A stretch of DNA of 64,000 nt from assembly GCF_018977255.1 (NCBI RefSeq), contig NW_024704771.1, positions 1,984,001-2,048,000 of the forward strand. The letters are read 5' to 3'. Shown here one piece after another: positions 1 to 22,348 of this stretch. Under the pieces are notes generated by a model that was not told the origin of the DNA, did no database searches, and worked only from the letters and a program-made list of their open reading frames with translations. The DNA comes from Callorhinchus milii. Taxonomy: Eukaryota. The position numbers were made by a program, and so were the translations under genes. Each line of letters begins with the position of its first letter. Positions within the stretch are counted from its first letter, which is position 1.

Positions 1-571
1 TTACTCTCTGCCCCCCTGCCAACCCCATCCATCCAGTTGTAGAAAAATTCTCCTCTATCTTTCCTCCTAAATGAATTTGTATTCCAGTCACTTGTTGCTG
101 AACAGAGACAATCGCCTTGAATGTAATTGATGTCTCTTTGAGCCACTTAGAATTGACTTTTCCTTTTTACTAATAATAATTCTTGCATTTGAAATAGCGC
201 CTTATCACGTCTTCGAGACATCTCAAAGCGCTTCACAGAATATACTGTAAAGTGTAGAGACTGTGTATTCTGTGGGCAAAACGCAGCAGCCAGTCGCGCA
301 CAGCAACGTCCCACAAACAATCGTGGATTGAGTCGTGGACCACGTTGTTATTTTTTTGAAATTTTATTTTTGGAGGGATTATTATCCCTGGAAAAGCGAT
401 CCACCAAATGACTAACAAGCTACTTACTGCTAAGTAAACAGAGGCGTGTGTGTGTGGAGTAAGGAAACTTACCTAACTTATCGCCCTGCCCGGGAATCGA
501 TCCCAGATCAACAACAATAACAAAACACGAGGTAGAGTCCTGGAGTACTTCACAGTGGTGAAGTCTGATAA

Positions 572-9821
<9,250 letters not shown>

Positions 9822-10092
9822 CGACGGGATGTCGTCCCTCAGTGACAGACCGAGCAATGAGACAGTATCAACCCCCGGGAACAACAGACCTCACCCTCAG
9901 GGGACCAGGGATGTTCCCGGAAACCCTGACTATTGGTGCTATGTAATGGGTGTGGGAGGGAGCTGCTGATATCAGACAGATATTCTGTGTCTTTCTGTAT
10001 GAGATTCCAGTGTGAACCCCCCCCCTCACCACACATCACCCTTGTTAGTGTAAAGTTGTATATTTTTTGTAATTTATATTTGGGGACAGATC

Positions 10093-10098
10093 AATAAA
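10093..10098 (+). terminator. Probable EGFL8 polyadenylation signal
   Basis: AATAAA 272 nt after the stop codon, followed by a T/GT-rich tract. Confidence 0.65.
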
Positions 10099-11096
10099 AA
10101 AAGGTGTCCTTTCTTTTCTAAGTGACTGAGTCGCTGCACTGATGTTTATTTGACAGCCTCCTGACCCCATATCAGTCTGTCCGCTCCCTCCGTTTGCCGG
10201 ACACTCGCCTGTTTCAGGACCCCCGCACTTCCCGCCCTACCATTGACGGTCAGGCATTCAGCATCTCTGCCCCCACACTCTGGTACTCTATCCCGCAATC
10301 TCTCCGCCTCATCCCCACTCCTTCTTTCTCCGTATAACTATAAGTCTGCCTGTCCTGGTGGACATTACATAATAATAATAATCCTTGTATTTCAAATAGC
10401 GCACTGTCACATCTTCAAGGCGTCTCAAAGTGCTTCACAGAATATACTGAAGTGAATTGACTATTTTATGGGCAAAAATATATCTTATGAAGCACTTTGA
10501 GATGCTGCAACACTGTATATTATATAATAATATAAGAGTGTTATATCAAATTCAAGTATTATTATGTGATTCTGTCAGTCTTTTCCCGCTGCTGTCTCTT
10601 TCACGTTGCCTCTCACACTCACTTAATAATAAATAATAATAATCCTTGCTTTTGGTATAGTGCCTTATCACGTCTTCAGGACGTCTCAAAGCGCTTCACA
10701 GAATATACTGTAAAGTGAATTGACTATAGTAGATTTGTATAGCACCTTTCATGTCGGGAAACATGAAGCACAAGAAAGGCACTGTATAAGTACAAATTGT
10801 TGCCATTCGACTAATTAAACTGTATTGCGGTCTGGAGGCTTTGTACAGTTTACCAGATTTATTTTCACAAGAGGAGCCTGAACCTGAGGGATATCAGTGG
10901 CAAGGTTGAAGGCACCAGCAGTGGCAAGGTCAGAGCCACACAAGTCAGAGTGAGCTTTGTCGTAAAAGCCGGCAACAAAGCAGAAGTTGGTTGGAGGTGA
11001 ATGCTGACTGCAGATTAATCCCAAATTCACTAACAAGGAGCTGACTGTTTTTTGCCAGTTGTGTGTTGAAAGCTTCCTTCTGCGATCTCCACAGTA

Positions 11097-11472
11097 ATGC
11101 TAATCCTTGCATTTGATTGTGCGCCTCATCACGTCTTCAATAGATCTCAAAACACTTCGCAGAATATACTGTAAAGTGAATTGACTGTTATGTTTTGTGG
11201 GCGAAACGCAGCAGCCAATTGGCACAGCAGTGTCCCACAAACAGTCGTGGATGAAGTGACCAGATTTTCTTTTAATTCTTTTATTTTGAATGGATTGTTA
11301 TCCCCACAAAAGCATTCTGCCAATCCACTAACAACCAGGTTCCTATTCACTGCTGGGTAAACAGAGGCGTGTGGAGTAAGGAAACTTGCTCACTCACTGT
11401 TTCGCTCTGCCCGGAATCGAAACCAGGTCCTCTTGCTTGCGAGGCAAGAGCTCTAACCACTGAGCTACAGAG
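11097..11472 (-). mobile_element. tRNA-derived SINE, full length
   Basis: Family consensus on the minus strand. Confidence 0.75.
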
Positions 11473-11849
11473 CTCAAAAGGATAAAAATGGAGCGAGCGT
11501 CAGTCACAGAGAACACAATCCTCCAGTGCCGCCTACTGGTGATCGCTGCAGTTTCTCCCAGGCCGCGGAGAACACAGAGCAATGTTCTGAGGGCTTAAAA
11601 ATCTATTTTATGGAATCCTCCGTCCTCGGGTGGGAAAAGTGATGAAAGAGGAGGCCGCAGGTGTCCAGTAGTTCTGCGTGAACCCCACCCCTGGTAAACC
11701 AACAACAACAAATTACATTTATAGCCATCGCCTTTCACTTCAGAAGGATGTCTCCAGATGCTGGGCAATCGATGGTTCAGTCCTGAGCTGGGGATTGGAA
11801 TCAAAAGAGGTGGAGAGGGTTCAGCCTCCTCACCCCCTACCAACCTGCC

Positions 11850-12560
11850 CGCTCCCTCCACTCAGCGGGCTCTGGGCTGCTTCACGTCCCCCGCCTCGCT
11901 CGCCCCACCTTCGGTAGTAGGGTCTTCAGCCTCTCTGCCCCCATCCTTTGGAACTCCATCCCACAGTCCCTCCGCCTCACCCCCTCCCTTGCACCTTCAA
12001 GACCACTCTCAAGATCCGTCTTCTTCGACCATGCTTTTGGTCACCCTCCTACCCCTACCCTCCCTGCCCTCCACCCCTCCTGATCCCAACCACCAGCTCG
12101 GGTGCGGATCCCTGACGGTCCAGCACCTTGGGACGTCCTCCTGATGTGAAAGGCGCCATGTAAATAAAATTTGTTGTTGTTGTCTTGAGACAGGCTTTCA
12201 AGGAGGCAGGGGTGGGGAGAGGCAGAGAGATTCCAGGATGGAGTTCCAGAGGGTGGGGCAAAAAAGCTAAAGGTTTGACAACCAGTAGAGGAGACCACTG
12301 CCCACCGAGTGGACAGATTGCTGTCATTCATAGGTCGCAGAGGTAGGGAGGGCTTCAAAGGTAAAGCTCTCCCTACCTCTGCTCTGGGAGGTGTAAGGAG
12401 CCAGTGGAGCCGGGTGAGGCTGTGGGTGAAAAGGTCACGGAGCTTGGTACGGGAGAGGACATGAGCTGCAGACTTCTGAATAATCTGCAGTTTGTGGAGG
12501 GAAGAGCTGGGAAGTCTGGAGTTAGCGAAGTCGATCCTGGGCGTGAGGATGTGGGGGTTT
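11850..12560. mobile_element. Tail-to-tail L2 3' fragments
   Basis: Plus-strand tail ending at about 12180 abuts a minus-strand L2 fragment. Confidence 0.6.
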
Positions 12561-15059
12561 AATCCCAAATTCACTAACAAGGAGCTGACTGTTTTGCCTC
12601 AGGGCCCCTGCTTGCTTCATGCTTCCTGCCCTCCAGCTCAGCCATTCAATCGCCTCTCACAGTTTGCATCTCCTCTTAATTGAGCCGATTGTCACTCATC
12701 CCCACAAATCCTTTATTCCCAGGATCATGAGCTTCTGATGAAGTTCCTTCTTCCAAAATCACCTGCCCCTACCAACCTGCCCGCTGCCTCCACCCAGCGG
12801 GCTCTGGGCTGCTTCACATCCCCCCCGTCTCGCTCGCCCCACCATCGGCAGGCGGGCCTTCAGCCTCTCTGCCCCCAACCTCTAGAACTCCATCCCACAT
12901 TCCCTCCGCCTCGCCCCCTCCCAAGGCCCAGCTCGGGTCCAAATCTCTGACTGTGCAGCACCTCAGGATGTCCTCCCGAGGTGAAAGGCACCGGGTAAAT
13001 GTCGTTTGCAGTTGTCTTCCCATCGCACCACCAAGTTGCAAACTTTGCAAGGTGAGAGACCTGGGTTCGATTCCCGGCAGAGTGAAATCTTGCTCCACAA
13101 GCCCTGATAATAATCCCTCAAGAAAAAAAATACTAAATTAGTCATTTCAATCCACGGCTGTTTGTGAGACGCTGCTGTGTGCAGTTGGCTGCTGCATTTT
13201 GCCCATAAAAATACAGTTAATTCACTTTACAGCCTATTCTGTGAAGCGCTTTGAGACGTCTAGAAGGTGTGAAAAACGCTATATCAAATGCAAGGATTAT
13301 TATTATCATTATTAGGTTGTTTTTAAAAGAGTCCAGGCCTCAACCAGCCTTCCTGGTAACCCATTCAAGCTGCTGATTCCCCCTTTATAGAACTTTGCAA
13401 CGGAGAGAAGGCCAACGAGCTGATTGCCCCAGTGCCAGCTCTCTGCTGAGGTAGCCGTACAATGCATCACCTCATTCAAGATCTAATAAAATGGTGCAAC
13501 AGGCTCAAGGGGCTGAATGATGCCTTGCTAGCTTGGGCCCTGTGTTGTAATTCGCAGCGCTGGATGGGCTCAGTGATGTCCAATCTGTGGTGTGCTTGTT
13601 ACAAGCAACGTATGAAGAAACGTTGCTGTCTTGAGACGGATAAACTGCTAGGGTTTGTTAGAAAATAAATAGGTTGAACTGTAATACAAACCTTTTGACG
13701 AGTCTGCAGTGGCAAATCTATAACACACAAAGGTTAACAATGTGCTAGGGTTTATTGTTAGTCTGTGCGTTCATTTACTGCCAGGCTCCGAGAGGGATCA
13801 TGATCAACAGTACAGGATGTGGATGTTTATAGACACTGCTGTATTTCCCCAACAAACCTCCAATTTATGATGTTTGACTTTTAAATATTAAAGTAAAAAT
13901 TCCACAGTTGGAAAAGAGGAGAACGGAAATAAAAATGTTACCTCGAGGCTGGAGGGTCAACCTTACTTAGGAACAGGGGATCATTCAACCTAGGAAGTCT
14001 GTTCCACCAGTTTATAAAATTTTTAGATCTTTTAATCCCAATGCCTCTCACAATTGTGGAGTCCTCTAGCTCAGTGGTTAGAGCCTCGCAAGTGAGAGGA
14101 CCTGGGTTTGATTCCAGTCAGGGCAAAATGTTGGGCAAGTTTTCTTACTCCACACACCTCTGTCTACCTAGCAGTCAGTAGGAACCTGGTTGTTGGGCCT
14201 ACAGCCCATCTGCCCCACCCTATGGAACTCCATCCCACAGTTCCTTTGCCTCACCCATTCCCTTATTACTTTCAAAGCGTGTTTCAAAACTCTTCGATCG
14301 AGCCATCGGACGGTCACCCTCCTGACGTCTCAAACCGCTTCACAGATTATATTGTAAAGTCAATTGACTATATTTTGTAGGTGAAACGCGGCAGTCAAAT
14401 GCACACAGCAGTGTCCCACAATAGTGCCGTGGATTGAAGTGATCAATTTTATTATTATTATCATTATTGCTTTATTGAAGAAATTATTATTCCCGGAAAA
14501 ACAATCATTCAATCGACTAACAACCAGATTCCTACTGCTGGGTAACAGAGACGTGTGGAGTAAGGAAACTTGCTCAAAGTTTCGCCCTGCACTGGAGTCA
14601 AACCCAGTTACTTTTGTTTGCGAGGTGAGTGCCCCACAAACAGTCGTGGATTGAAGTGACCATTTTATTATTATTATACTTTAATTTATTTTTTTGAAGG
14701 TATTATTACCCCCAGTAAAGCAATCCGCCAATTGACTAACAACCTATTTATGCTGGGTAAGCAGAGGCGTGTGTGTGTGGAATAAGGAAACTTGCCCAAT
14801 GTTTCGACCTGCCCGGGAATCAAACCCAGGTCCTCTTGCCTGTGAGGCAAGTGCTCTAACCACTGAGCTACAGGACTTCAAGTAACTCAAGAGGGTGGAG
14901 GGGGCAACCTCAGAAACAGGCAGTATGTGTCTCTGAGACTCAGGCAACAACGTACAGCTCTAAGGGTCACAACAAAACCCAGGTATAAATTGGCCATTTA
15001 CTTAATGGTCGGCTGCATAAGGGGGTAAATTCAGAACCAATCTACTAAAACACTATTTC

Positions 15060-15280
15060 AGTGAGTGAACAGTGAACCTGTGGAACAGGCTCCCCAGGGA
15101 GACGGTTGAAGCAGGAAGTGTTGATTCCTTCAAACACAGATTAGATAGTTTTCTTTTAGGAAATAACATTATGGGATATAGTACAGGGGTAGTTTGTGTG
15201 CAAGTGACCACCAGGAAGGTGGAAGGCGAACTAGATGGACCTTGGGCTTTCTTTCATCTAGCATTTCTTATGTTCTTATT
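15060..15280 (+). mobile_element. CR1 3' fragment (different subfamily)
   Basis: NLWNRLPRETVEAGSVDSFKHRLDSF. Confidence 0.7.
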
Positions 15281-16229
15281 TCCCTGCAAATAGTCACTAC
15301 AGAAAATCCTGTGAAGCAGTTTTGAGACGTCTTCCTGGCGGTGCCAACAAAATATGCAGTCAATTCACTTTACAGTATATTCTGTGAAGAGCTTTGAGAC
15401 GTCTCAATGATAAGGCATTATATCAAATGCAAGGATTCATTATTATTATTAATAGAATTATACATATTCTATTAATATTATTATTTACAACACAGGGTGG
15501 TTGGTGCTGGATAATGGAGTGGAACAGCTTCTGGCAGCAAATGTTTTCCTGGACCTGGAATTCCCAGAACACATTAAACAGCACCATTTGCACGGCAAAC
15601 AATCACCGCATTATTTTTTTCAAATTAAATTTTCCATTCTTTAATCCTCGGCCTGGGACAGCCCGTTATATCCAGGAAGTTATGCATGAAGGAAAAAAAC
15701 ACAATTCACTTCTGCGTGCAAAGCGCATGCTGCACTATAATAAACAAAACAAAAAAAATAATAAATTGGACAGTTCAATCCGCAACTGTTTGTTGGACGC
15801 TGCTGTGCACAATCGGCTGCCGCATTTTGCCCACAAGTCAAGTCACTTGAGAGTATAGTCTGTGAAGCGCTTTGAGACGTCTCGAAGACTTGATAAGGTG
15901 CTGTATCAAATGCAAGGATTATTATTGCTGAGGACCTGAAAACATTGATCTGAGCTCCCCAATGGCTCAGTGAGTTTTCCCATTGTGCGTCGATTCCTCC
16001 AGGCAATTGAAAGTGTATCTGAATCACACGCAGCCTGTTCCAGGTCCCTCGCACTTCCCGCCCCACCCTTGATGGTTGCATCCTGTTATCTCATTCAATT
16101 GTCTATCAGTCATTAGTAGAAGCCTCCCAGTGAGAGATGGCAGGACTTCTAATTCTAACACCACAGCCCTCCTTTCAACATTTACATCCCAAGATCACAT
16201 CCACAGATTATCCAGAACTCTGCAGATTG

Positions 16230-16680
16230 TGTCCTCTCCTGCACCAGGCTCCACGACCCTATCATCCCCATCTTCACCCAACTCCACTGGCTTCCCATCA
16301 CACAGAGAATAAGGTTCAAAATCCTGGTTCTCATATTCAAAGCCCTCCATGGCCTCGGTCCCCCCCATCCCTCTGACTTCCTAAGCCTGCTTCATGTCAC
16401 CCGTCTTGTCCCCCCCACCATTGGCGGGTGAGCCTTCATCCACTCTGCCTTCAATCATTGGAACTCCATCCCGCAATCCTTTCACCTTGTTCCCAGTCTT
16501 GCCTCCTTTAAGACCCTCCTCTTCGACCATGCCTTCGGTCACCCTCGTACCCCTACTTTCCCCACTGTGCATCCCTCCTGATCCCAACCACTAGCTTGGG
16601 TGCGGATACCTGACTATCCAGTGCCTTGGGATGTCCTCCCAATATGAAAGGCACTTTACAAATATAATATTGTATTGTAT
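16230..16680 (+). mobile_element. L2 3' fragment
   Basis: LHWLPITQR-like segment and L2 tail. Confidence 0.65.
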
Positions 16681-16819
16681 TGAAAGATACGTGCCCTGAT
16701 CTAGAGACCACACACCGTGTCTCCCTCACTCCTGCCCGCAATATACATAAAAATCACTAAGATAATCCCAAACCAAAACAAAGGGATTTTAGCTTTGCCT
16801 CTCTTCACAGACCAGATGT

Positions 16820-17355
16820 TAGTGGTTAGGACTCAGCTAGAGACTGTTCAGTTCTGAGCACCACACATTAAGAAGCATGTCAAGGCTTTGGAGAGGGTAC
16901 AAAGGAGATTAACCAGGATGGTATCAGGAATGAGGGACTGAGTTATGAGAAGCTAGGATAATTCTCCTTGGAGCAGAAAAGATTACGGGAAGAATTAATA
17001 GTGGTATTCAAAATTATGAGGGGATTCAACAGCGTGAACAGAGAGAAATTGTTTCCACTGGTTGGTGGGTCAGTAACCCAAGGGCACAGATTTAAAATAG
17101 TTGTCAAAAGAAACAGAGGGGAGATGAGGAGAAATGTTTTCACAAGGCGAGTTGTTCGGATCTGGAATGCATTGCCTGAAAGAGTGGTGGAAGCTGATTC
17201 GATAACAGCTTTTACGAGAGAAGTAGATAGATATATAGGAATTTTTTCAGAGCTATGGGAAGAGCGCGGAGAAGTGGGATTAATTTGGATAGGCCTTTCA
17301 AAGATCCGGCACAGACACGATGGGCCGAATGGCCTCCTGTATAGTTCTAACATTC
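16820..17355 (+). mobile_element. CR1-clade LINE 3' end
   Basis: LERVQRR, LEQKRLREELIVVFKIMRGF, FTRRVVRIWNALPERVVEA; 3' UTR ...gggccgaatggcctcctgt. Confidence 0.85.
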
Positions 17356-17639
17356 TAAGAGTGATAGTGTGGACCTGGGGTGTAGACTGTGTGAACAATC
17401 TGTTAGGACCACTCCATTTGAGCCGATAGTCGCTGGCTCAGTTGAAGTCCCACTCTTACCTATGGGTCAGAAGATTGGTAGATTCAAGCCCCACATGGGA
17501 ACTCTGACCTCACAGTCCAGGCTCATGCTCCAGCGTATCCAATCTCCCAATAGATCGACTTCAAGATACTCACCTTCAAATCACTTCATTCCCTCGCACC
17601 TCCCCACCTCTACGAGCTGCTTACCCCCACTCCACCACC

Positions 17640-18790
17640 CAACAAAGTGGAGACAGTGAGAGAGAAAGGAATCAAACCAGCAAGGGCAGGTCCATAAAGA
17701 TTGAACAAAGCGGAGAGGTGGTGTATGAGGATGGAGTGGTCGACAGTGTCGAAGGCGGCAGAGAGGTCGAGGAGGACAAGGAGGCAGAGGGAGCCCTGAT
17801 GACAAATGTTCAGAATGTCATTAGTGACTTTGACCAGGGCTGTTTCTGTACTGTGGGCAGTGTGGAAGCCGGATTGGAGGGGTTCAAAAAAGGAATGGCA
17901 AGAAAGGAGCGAAGCTGGGAAGCGACAACTCATTCAAGCACCTTGGAGAGGAATGGGAGTTTAGAGATGGGGCGGTAGCTGGAGAGGAGGGATGGTCCAG
18001 GGAAGGTTTTTTCACGATGGGGGTGTGATGATGGCTGTTTTTAGAGGGATGGGAATTGAACCGATGGACATGGAGAGGTTGATGACATCAGACAAGAGAG
18101 GGGCCAGAAGGTGGAGCTGGGGGATGAGGAGAGAAGTGGGGATGGGATCGAGGGAGCAGGTGGTGGGCTTGAGTTTGCGAATGATGACGGTGAGGGAGGA
18201 GGGAGAGATAGGGTCAAAGGAGTATGGGGGGGGGGATGTGTGGGTCACGAGGGAGAGGTGATGTGGGGGTGGCGGTGGAGAGGGCAGAGGTGGCTGAGCG
18301 TATTCCCTTGATTTTGGATTCGAGGAAGTCCAGCATGTCCTCACAGTTGGAGTTTGAGGAGAGGATGGGCAAGCGTGAGAAGGTGGATGAAGGAGATGAT
18401 TTGTGGTGGAAAAGAGAAGCCGGGGGTTGTCCTTTGCTTCCAAGATAACCTTGGAGTAGAAGGAGGATTTGGCGGAGGCAAGAGTGCAGCGGTAGGCCTT
18501 GGTGTGGTGAAGCCAAATCTGCCAATGGACCATTAGTTTGGATTTGGTCCAGGCGCGTTTGGCAGCTCACACTTGTGCCTTGAGGGAACGGAGATGGCTG
18601 GTGAACCAGAGGGTTACGGGAGTATGAGGCAGCTCAGGAGGTGAGGGGGGGCAAGGTAGTCCAGAATGGAGGGGAGGCAGTTGTGGAGAAAAGAGAACGA
18701 GGAGGGGAGATCAGTCAGGGAGGGCCAGAGGTGATGGAGTTCAGATGACTCCAGGGCAGTGGAGAGGGAGGAATTTTTTTTCCACGGACA
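17640..18790 (-). mobile_element. Degenerate L2-clade LINE ORF2 (linker and RT N-half)
   Basis: [22 protein letters not shown]...[19 protein letters not shown] and KPTTCSLDPIPTSLL motifs; frameshifts and stops. Confidence 0.85.
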
Positions 18791-21524
18791 GTATGTGATG
18801 CTGGGGCATCAAGCTCCTCACCGGGGAAGTCCTCAGACCTCGAGTGGGCCTCGGCGCGGGTCCTGCTCGCCGCTGAATCCGCTCCAGGCGCCGGCTCTGA
18901 ACGCGATTCGAGTCGCAGCTCCGCTCCGGGCGCCTCGGGCCTTAATCCCAGGTAGGGTCGCCTCCATCTCCGACTCCATTCCAGGCTCCCCGGCCGCAGG
19001 AGACCTCGACCTCGAGCCCCAGGGCTCCCGATGTCCCACCCACAGCCACAGCTACAGTCGGCCCCAGGCGCCTCGTGAACCCAGCCTCCTGACCATCGCC
19101 ATCTTGTTCAGTGACGGGTGTAGATTAAGTGCTGGACTCCCTTCCACATAATAATAATAATAATAATAATAATATTGTTTGTATTTCTCCTGCATCAGTT
19201 GCCAGGTTTACCCTAACCAGACCCCCTACAGACCTGCTCTCTCTCTCCGCTCAGCAGGCTCCAGGCTGCTTCGCGGCCCCCGCCTCGCCCGGCCTTCCAC
19301 ACCATTGGCGGTCAGGCCCTCAGCCACTCTGTCCTCGCCCTCTAGAACTCCATCCCGCAGTCCCTACACCTCATCCCCTCCCTCGCCACCTTCAAGACCC
19401 TCCTCTTCGACCGCGCCTTTGATCACCCTCCTTGAGTGACCATTTTCCCTCTGTCTATTACCCCTGATGTGAGAAAGAGAATATTTGTGAGTGAGAGCAA
19501 GGGAGCACTTGGGGAAGAGAGTGAGAAGGGGTACTAGCAAGGTATGAGTTCCTTAGCAATGCATGAACAGTGGGGCCTGTGCAGAGTAAAATAAACAGTA
19601 GTTAGTGGGCGGATAATTTATTGAGTGATGACAACGCACTTCAGGTTTCTCAGACCAGCTGCTCTCCACGCTCTCCAGATGTGCAATAACATCCCAGAGC
19701 CTGACCTGACTGGGCTTTGCTCTCAGCCGTGTAAACACTGCTCCACACGGGCTGCTCATGGGAGTCCTCGCTGAGCTACAGAAAGCATGTAACAGGAAGG
19801 ATAAGGAAAACCTGGACAACTGCTACAGGAGAAGCCAAGAGAGAAACACACCGCACAAATTATAATCTTTGCATTTGATAGAGCGCCTTATCAAGTCTTT
19901 GAGACGTCTCAAAGTCGTGCGTTCGGGCACTTTTGGCTGTTCAGAGCCTTGGGACGTCCTCCTGACATGAAAGGCGCTTTACAAATGTAATTTTGTTGTT
20001 GACGTCTCAAAGCACTAACGGAATATACTGTCAAGTGAATCGACTGTATATTTTGTGGGCTAAACGCCACAGCCAATTGCGCACAGCTGCCTTCCACAAA
20101 CAGTTGTGGATTGAGTGAACAATTTATTTATTTTTTTTGAAGGGATTATTACCCCCAGAAAAGCGATCCGACAATCAACTAACAACCAGGTTCCTACTCA
20201 TGGCTGGGTAAACGGATGCGTGTGGAGTAAGAAAACTTGCCCAACATTTCATTTCTTTCCCGGGAATTGAACCCAGGTCTCTCGCTTGTGAGGCGAGTGC
20301 TCTAACCCCCGAGCTACACTATCCAAGCAGTGGTGCTGTATTTTATTCACATGAGTACAGAGCTCCAGGGAAATGTGCAGTAAATCAGTCTGTCAGACAC
20401 AGTGAATGGGAAGCAGAGCCAAGCTCTCTGTGGTAAGCCTGGTGGTCTGACACCTGAGATGGGAGCTCTGTACTCCAGGGCTCTGTGAGTGAGTAGCAGC
20501 TGAGTATTACTTCGGGGCTCTGTGAGTGACAGCACCAACACTGTTCCAGGCCTCTACTGGGAAATAGAGCTCCCGCTTTGCGGATATCGTCTGTTTCAGG
20601 TCCCTCCGCACTTCCTGCCCCACCATTGACAACTGGGAATCCAGCATCTCTGCCCCCACACTCTGGAAAAGCAATCCCTCTGCCTCAGCCCGTCTCTTGC
20701 CTTCAAGTCCCATCTAAAGACATTCCTCTTCCATCATGCCTTCGCCCACAAAATCTACGGACAATTCATTTTACAATATATCCTGTGAAGCGCTTTGAGA
20801 GGTATTGTTGACGTGATGAGGCGCTGTATCGAATGCAAGGATTATTATTATTAGTTAAAAGTAACTTTGAACTTTGATGCAAAGTATTGGCCTGAACATT
20901 TACTGACAGCTTTGAACAGCGGCAAAAGAAGTAAGAGCAGCAGGGGAGGGAAGAACAGTAATGTTAAGATAAGAGCTGGCCGTAACGTGTAAATCTAAGG
21001 GGATTGGGAGGGGATGTGGGGGTGACAACCCTGCTTTCAGATCACATCTCAAGACACTCCTCTTCGATTGTGCCTTTGGCTACGCTCCTACCCTCCAATC
21101 CCACATCCCATTCCCCCACCCCCAGCTTGGATCCAAATCCCTGACTGTCCAGCGCCTTAATAAGTAATAAACAATCCTTGTACCTGATATAGCGTATTTC
21201 AACTTGCAGACACCTCAAAGTGCTTCACAGAATACACTGTAAAGCAAATTGACTGTATATTTTGTCGGCGAAACATGGCAGCCAATTGCGCACAGCAGCG
21301 TCCCACAAACAGTCATGGGTTGAGTGACCAAATTATTATTTTATTTTTTTTCTTGAGGGATTATTATCAGACGTGTGGAGTAAGGAAACTTGCCCAAGGT
21401 TTCACCCTCACCTGCCAGGAATCGAACCCAGTTCCTCTCGCTTGCGAGGCGAGTGCTCTAACCACTGTGCTACAGGACTCCACACCTTGGATGTGATTCT
21501 GTATTGTATTGCGTAACTACCCAC

Positions 21525-21653
21525 ATCCTCCCTCAGCTCGGTCTGCGCCACCTCCAACATGACGCTGATGGCAGCATCCGTCTCAGGGGCCTGTTTTCAG
21601 CAGGTCCTCCTTAGAGATGGGCACCCAGTGATCTGACAGCCACTCCATCATAG
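21525..21653 (-). pseudogene. AGPAT1: AGPAT1-like pseudo-exon (equivalent of the MMEVLP...AISVMSEVAQT exon), internally deleted and frameshifted
   Basis: Minus strand ttttggcag|CT ATG ATG GAG TGG ... GTG CCC ATC TCT AAG GAG GAC CTG CTG (MMEWLSDHWVPISKEDLL), then after a frameshift DAAISVMLEVAQTELRED|gtgggt. Matches recalled human AGPAT1 MMEVLPGRCVPIAKRELL...DAISVMSEVAQTLLTQD|V with the same phase-1 acceptor and phase-0 donor. 129 bp here versus a recalled ~176 bp; in-frame TGA. Lies at the syntenic position between EGFL8 and RNF5. Confidence 0.8.
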
Positions 21654-21983
21654 CTGCCAAAACCCTGCAATAAGTCAATAGCATTGGAGATTGTAAAACC
21701 ACACACACACACACTGTCACATACACAAAAAAGTCACACACTCAGTCTCACACACAAACACAGTCACACAGTCACATACACAAACACACAGTCTCCACAC
21801 ACAAATATACACACAGTCACTCACACACACACAAACAAACAAGTTTATATATTTACTATGTTTATATAGTAAACTGTTATTATATACAACTCCTTATCTC
21901 CTCTCTGGTTCTCTTGACAATTATCTTAAATCTGTGTCCTCTGGTTACCGACCCACCCATCAGAGGAAACAGTTTCTCCCTTT

Positions 21984-22348
21984 GGAGTCCTGTAGCTCAG
22001 TGGTTAGAGCACTTGCCTCGCAAGTGGGAGGACCTGGGTTTGATTCCATGGCAGGGCAAAACAGTAGGCAAGTTTCCTTACTCCACACGCCTCTGATTGC
22101 CTAGCAGTAAGTAGGGTCCCGGTTCTTAGTCGATTGGCGGATCGCTTTTCCAGGACTAATAATTCCTTCCAAAAAAAAATGATAATTTGGTCACTCAATC
22201 CGTGACTGTTTGTGGGACGCTGCTGAGTGCAATTGGCCACTGCGTCTCACCGACAAAATACACGGTCACTCCACCTTATTACAGTATATTCTGTGAAGCT
22301 CTTTGAGACGTCTCGACAACACGATAAGGCGCTGTATCAAATGCAAGA
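21984..22348 (+). mobile_element. tRNA-derived SINE, full length
   Basis: Family consensus. Confidence 0.8.

Noticed and set aside
11595-11700. Minus-strand LFPPEDGGFH / RRTTGHLRP resembling a collapsed AGPAT FPEG...GAFH exon
   Set aside because: Requires large rearrangements; competes with other equally weak candidates; likely over-reading
19640-19710. cag|VRLW...PEVRCH resembling AGPAT VRVWVFPEGTRNH
   Set aside because: No polypyrimidine tract and poor continuity
21984-22055. tRNA-Ala-like sequences (dozens of copies)
   Set aside because: SINE heads: they lack a complete acceptor stem and continue into the SINE body; no genuine tRNA gene supported
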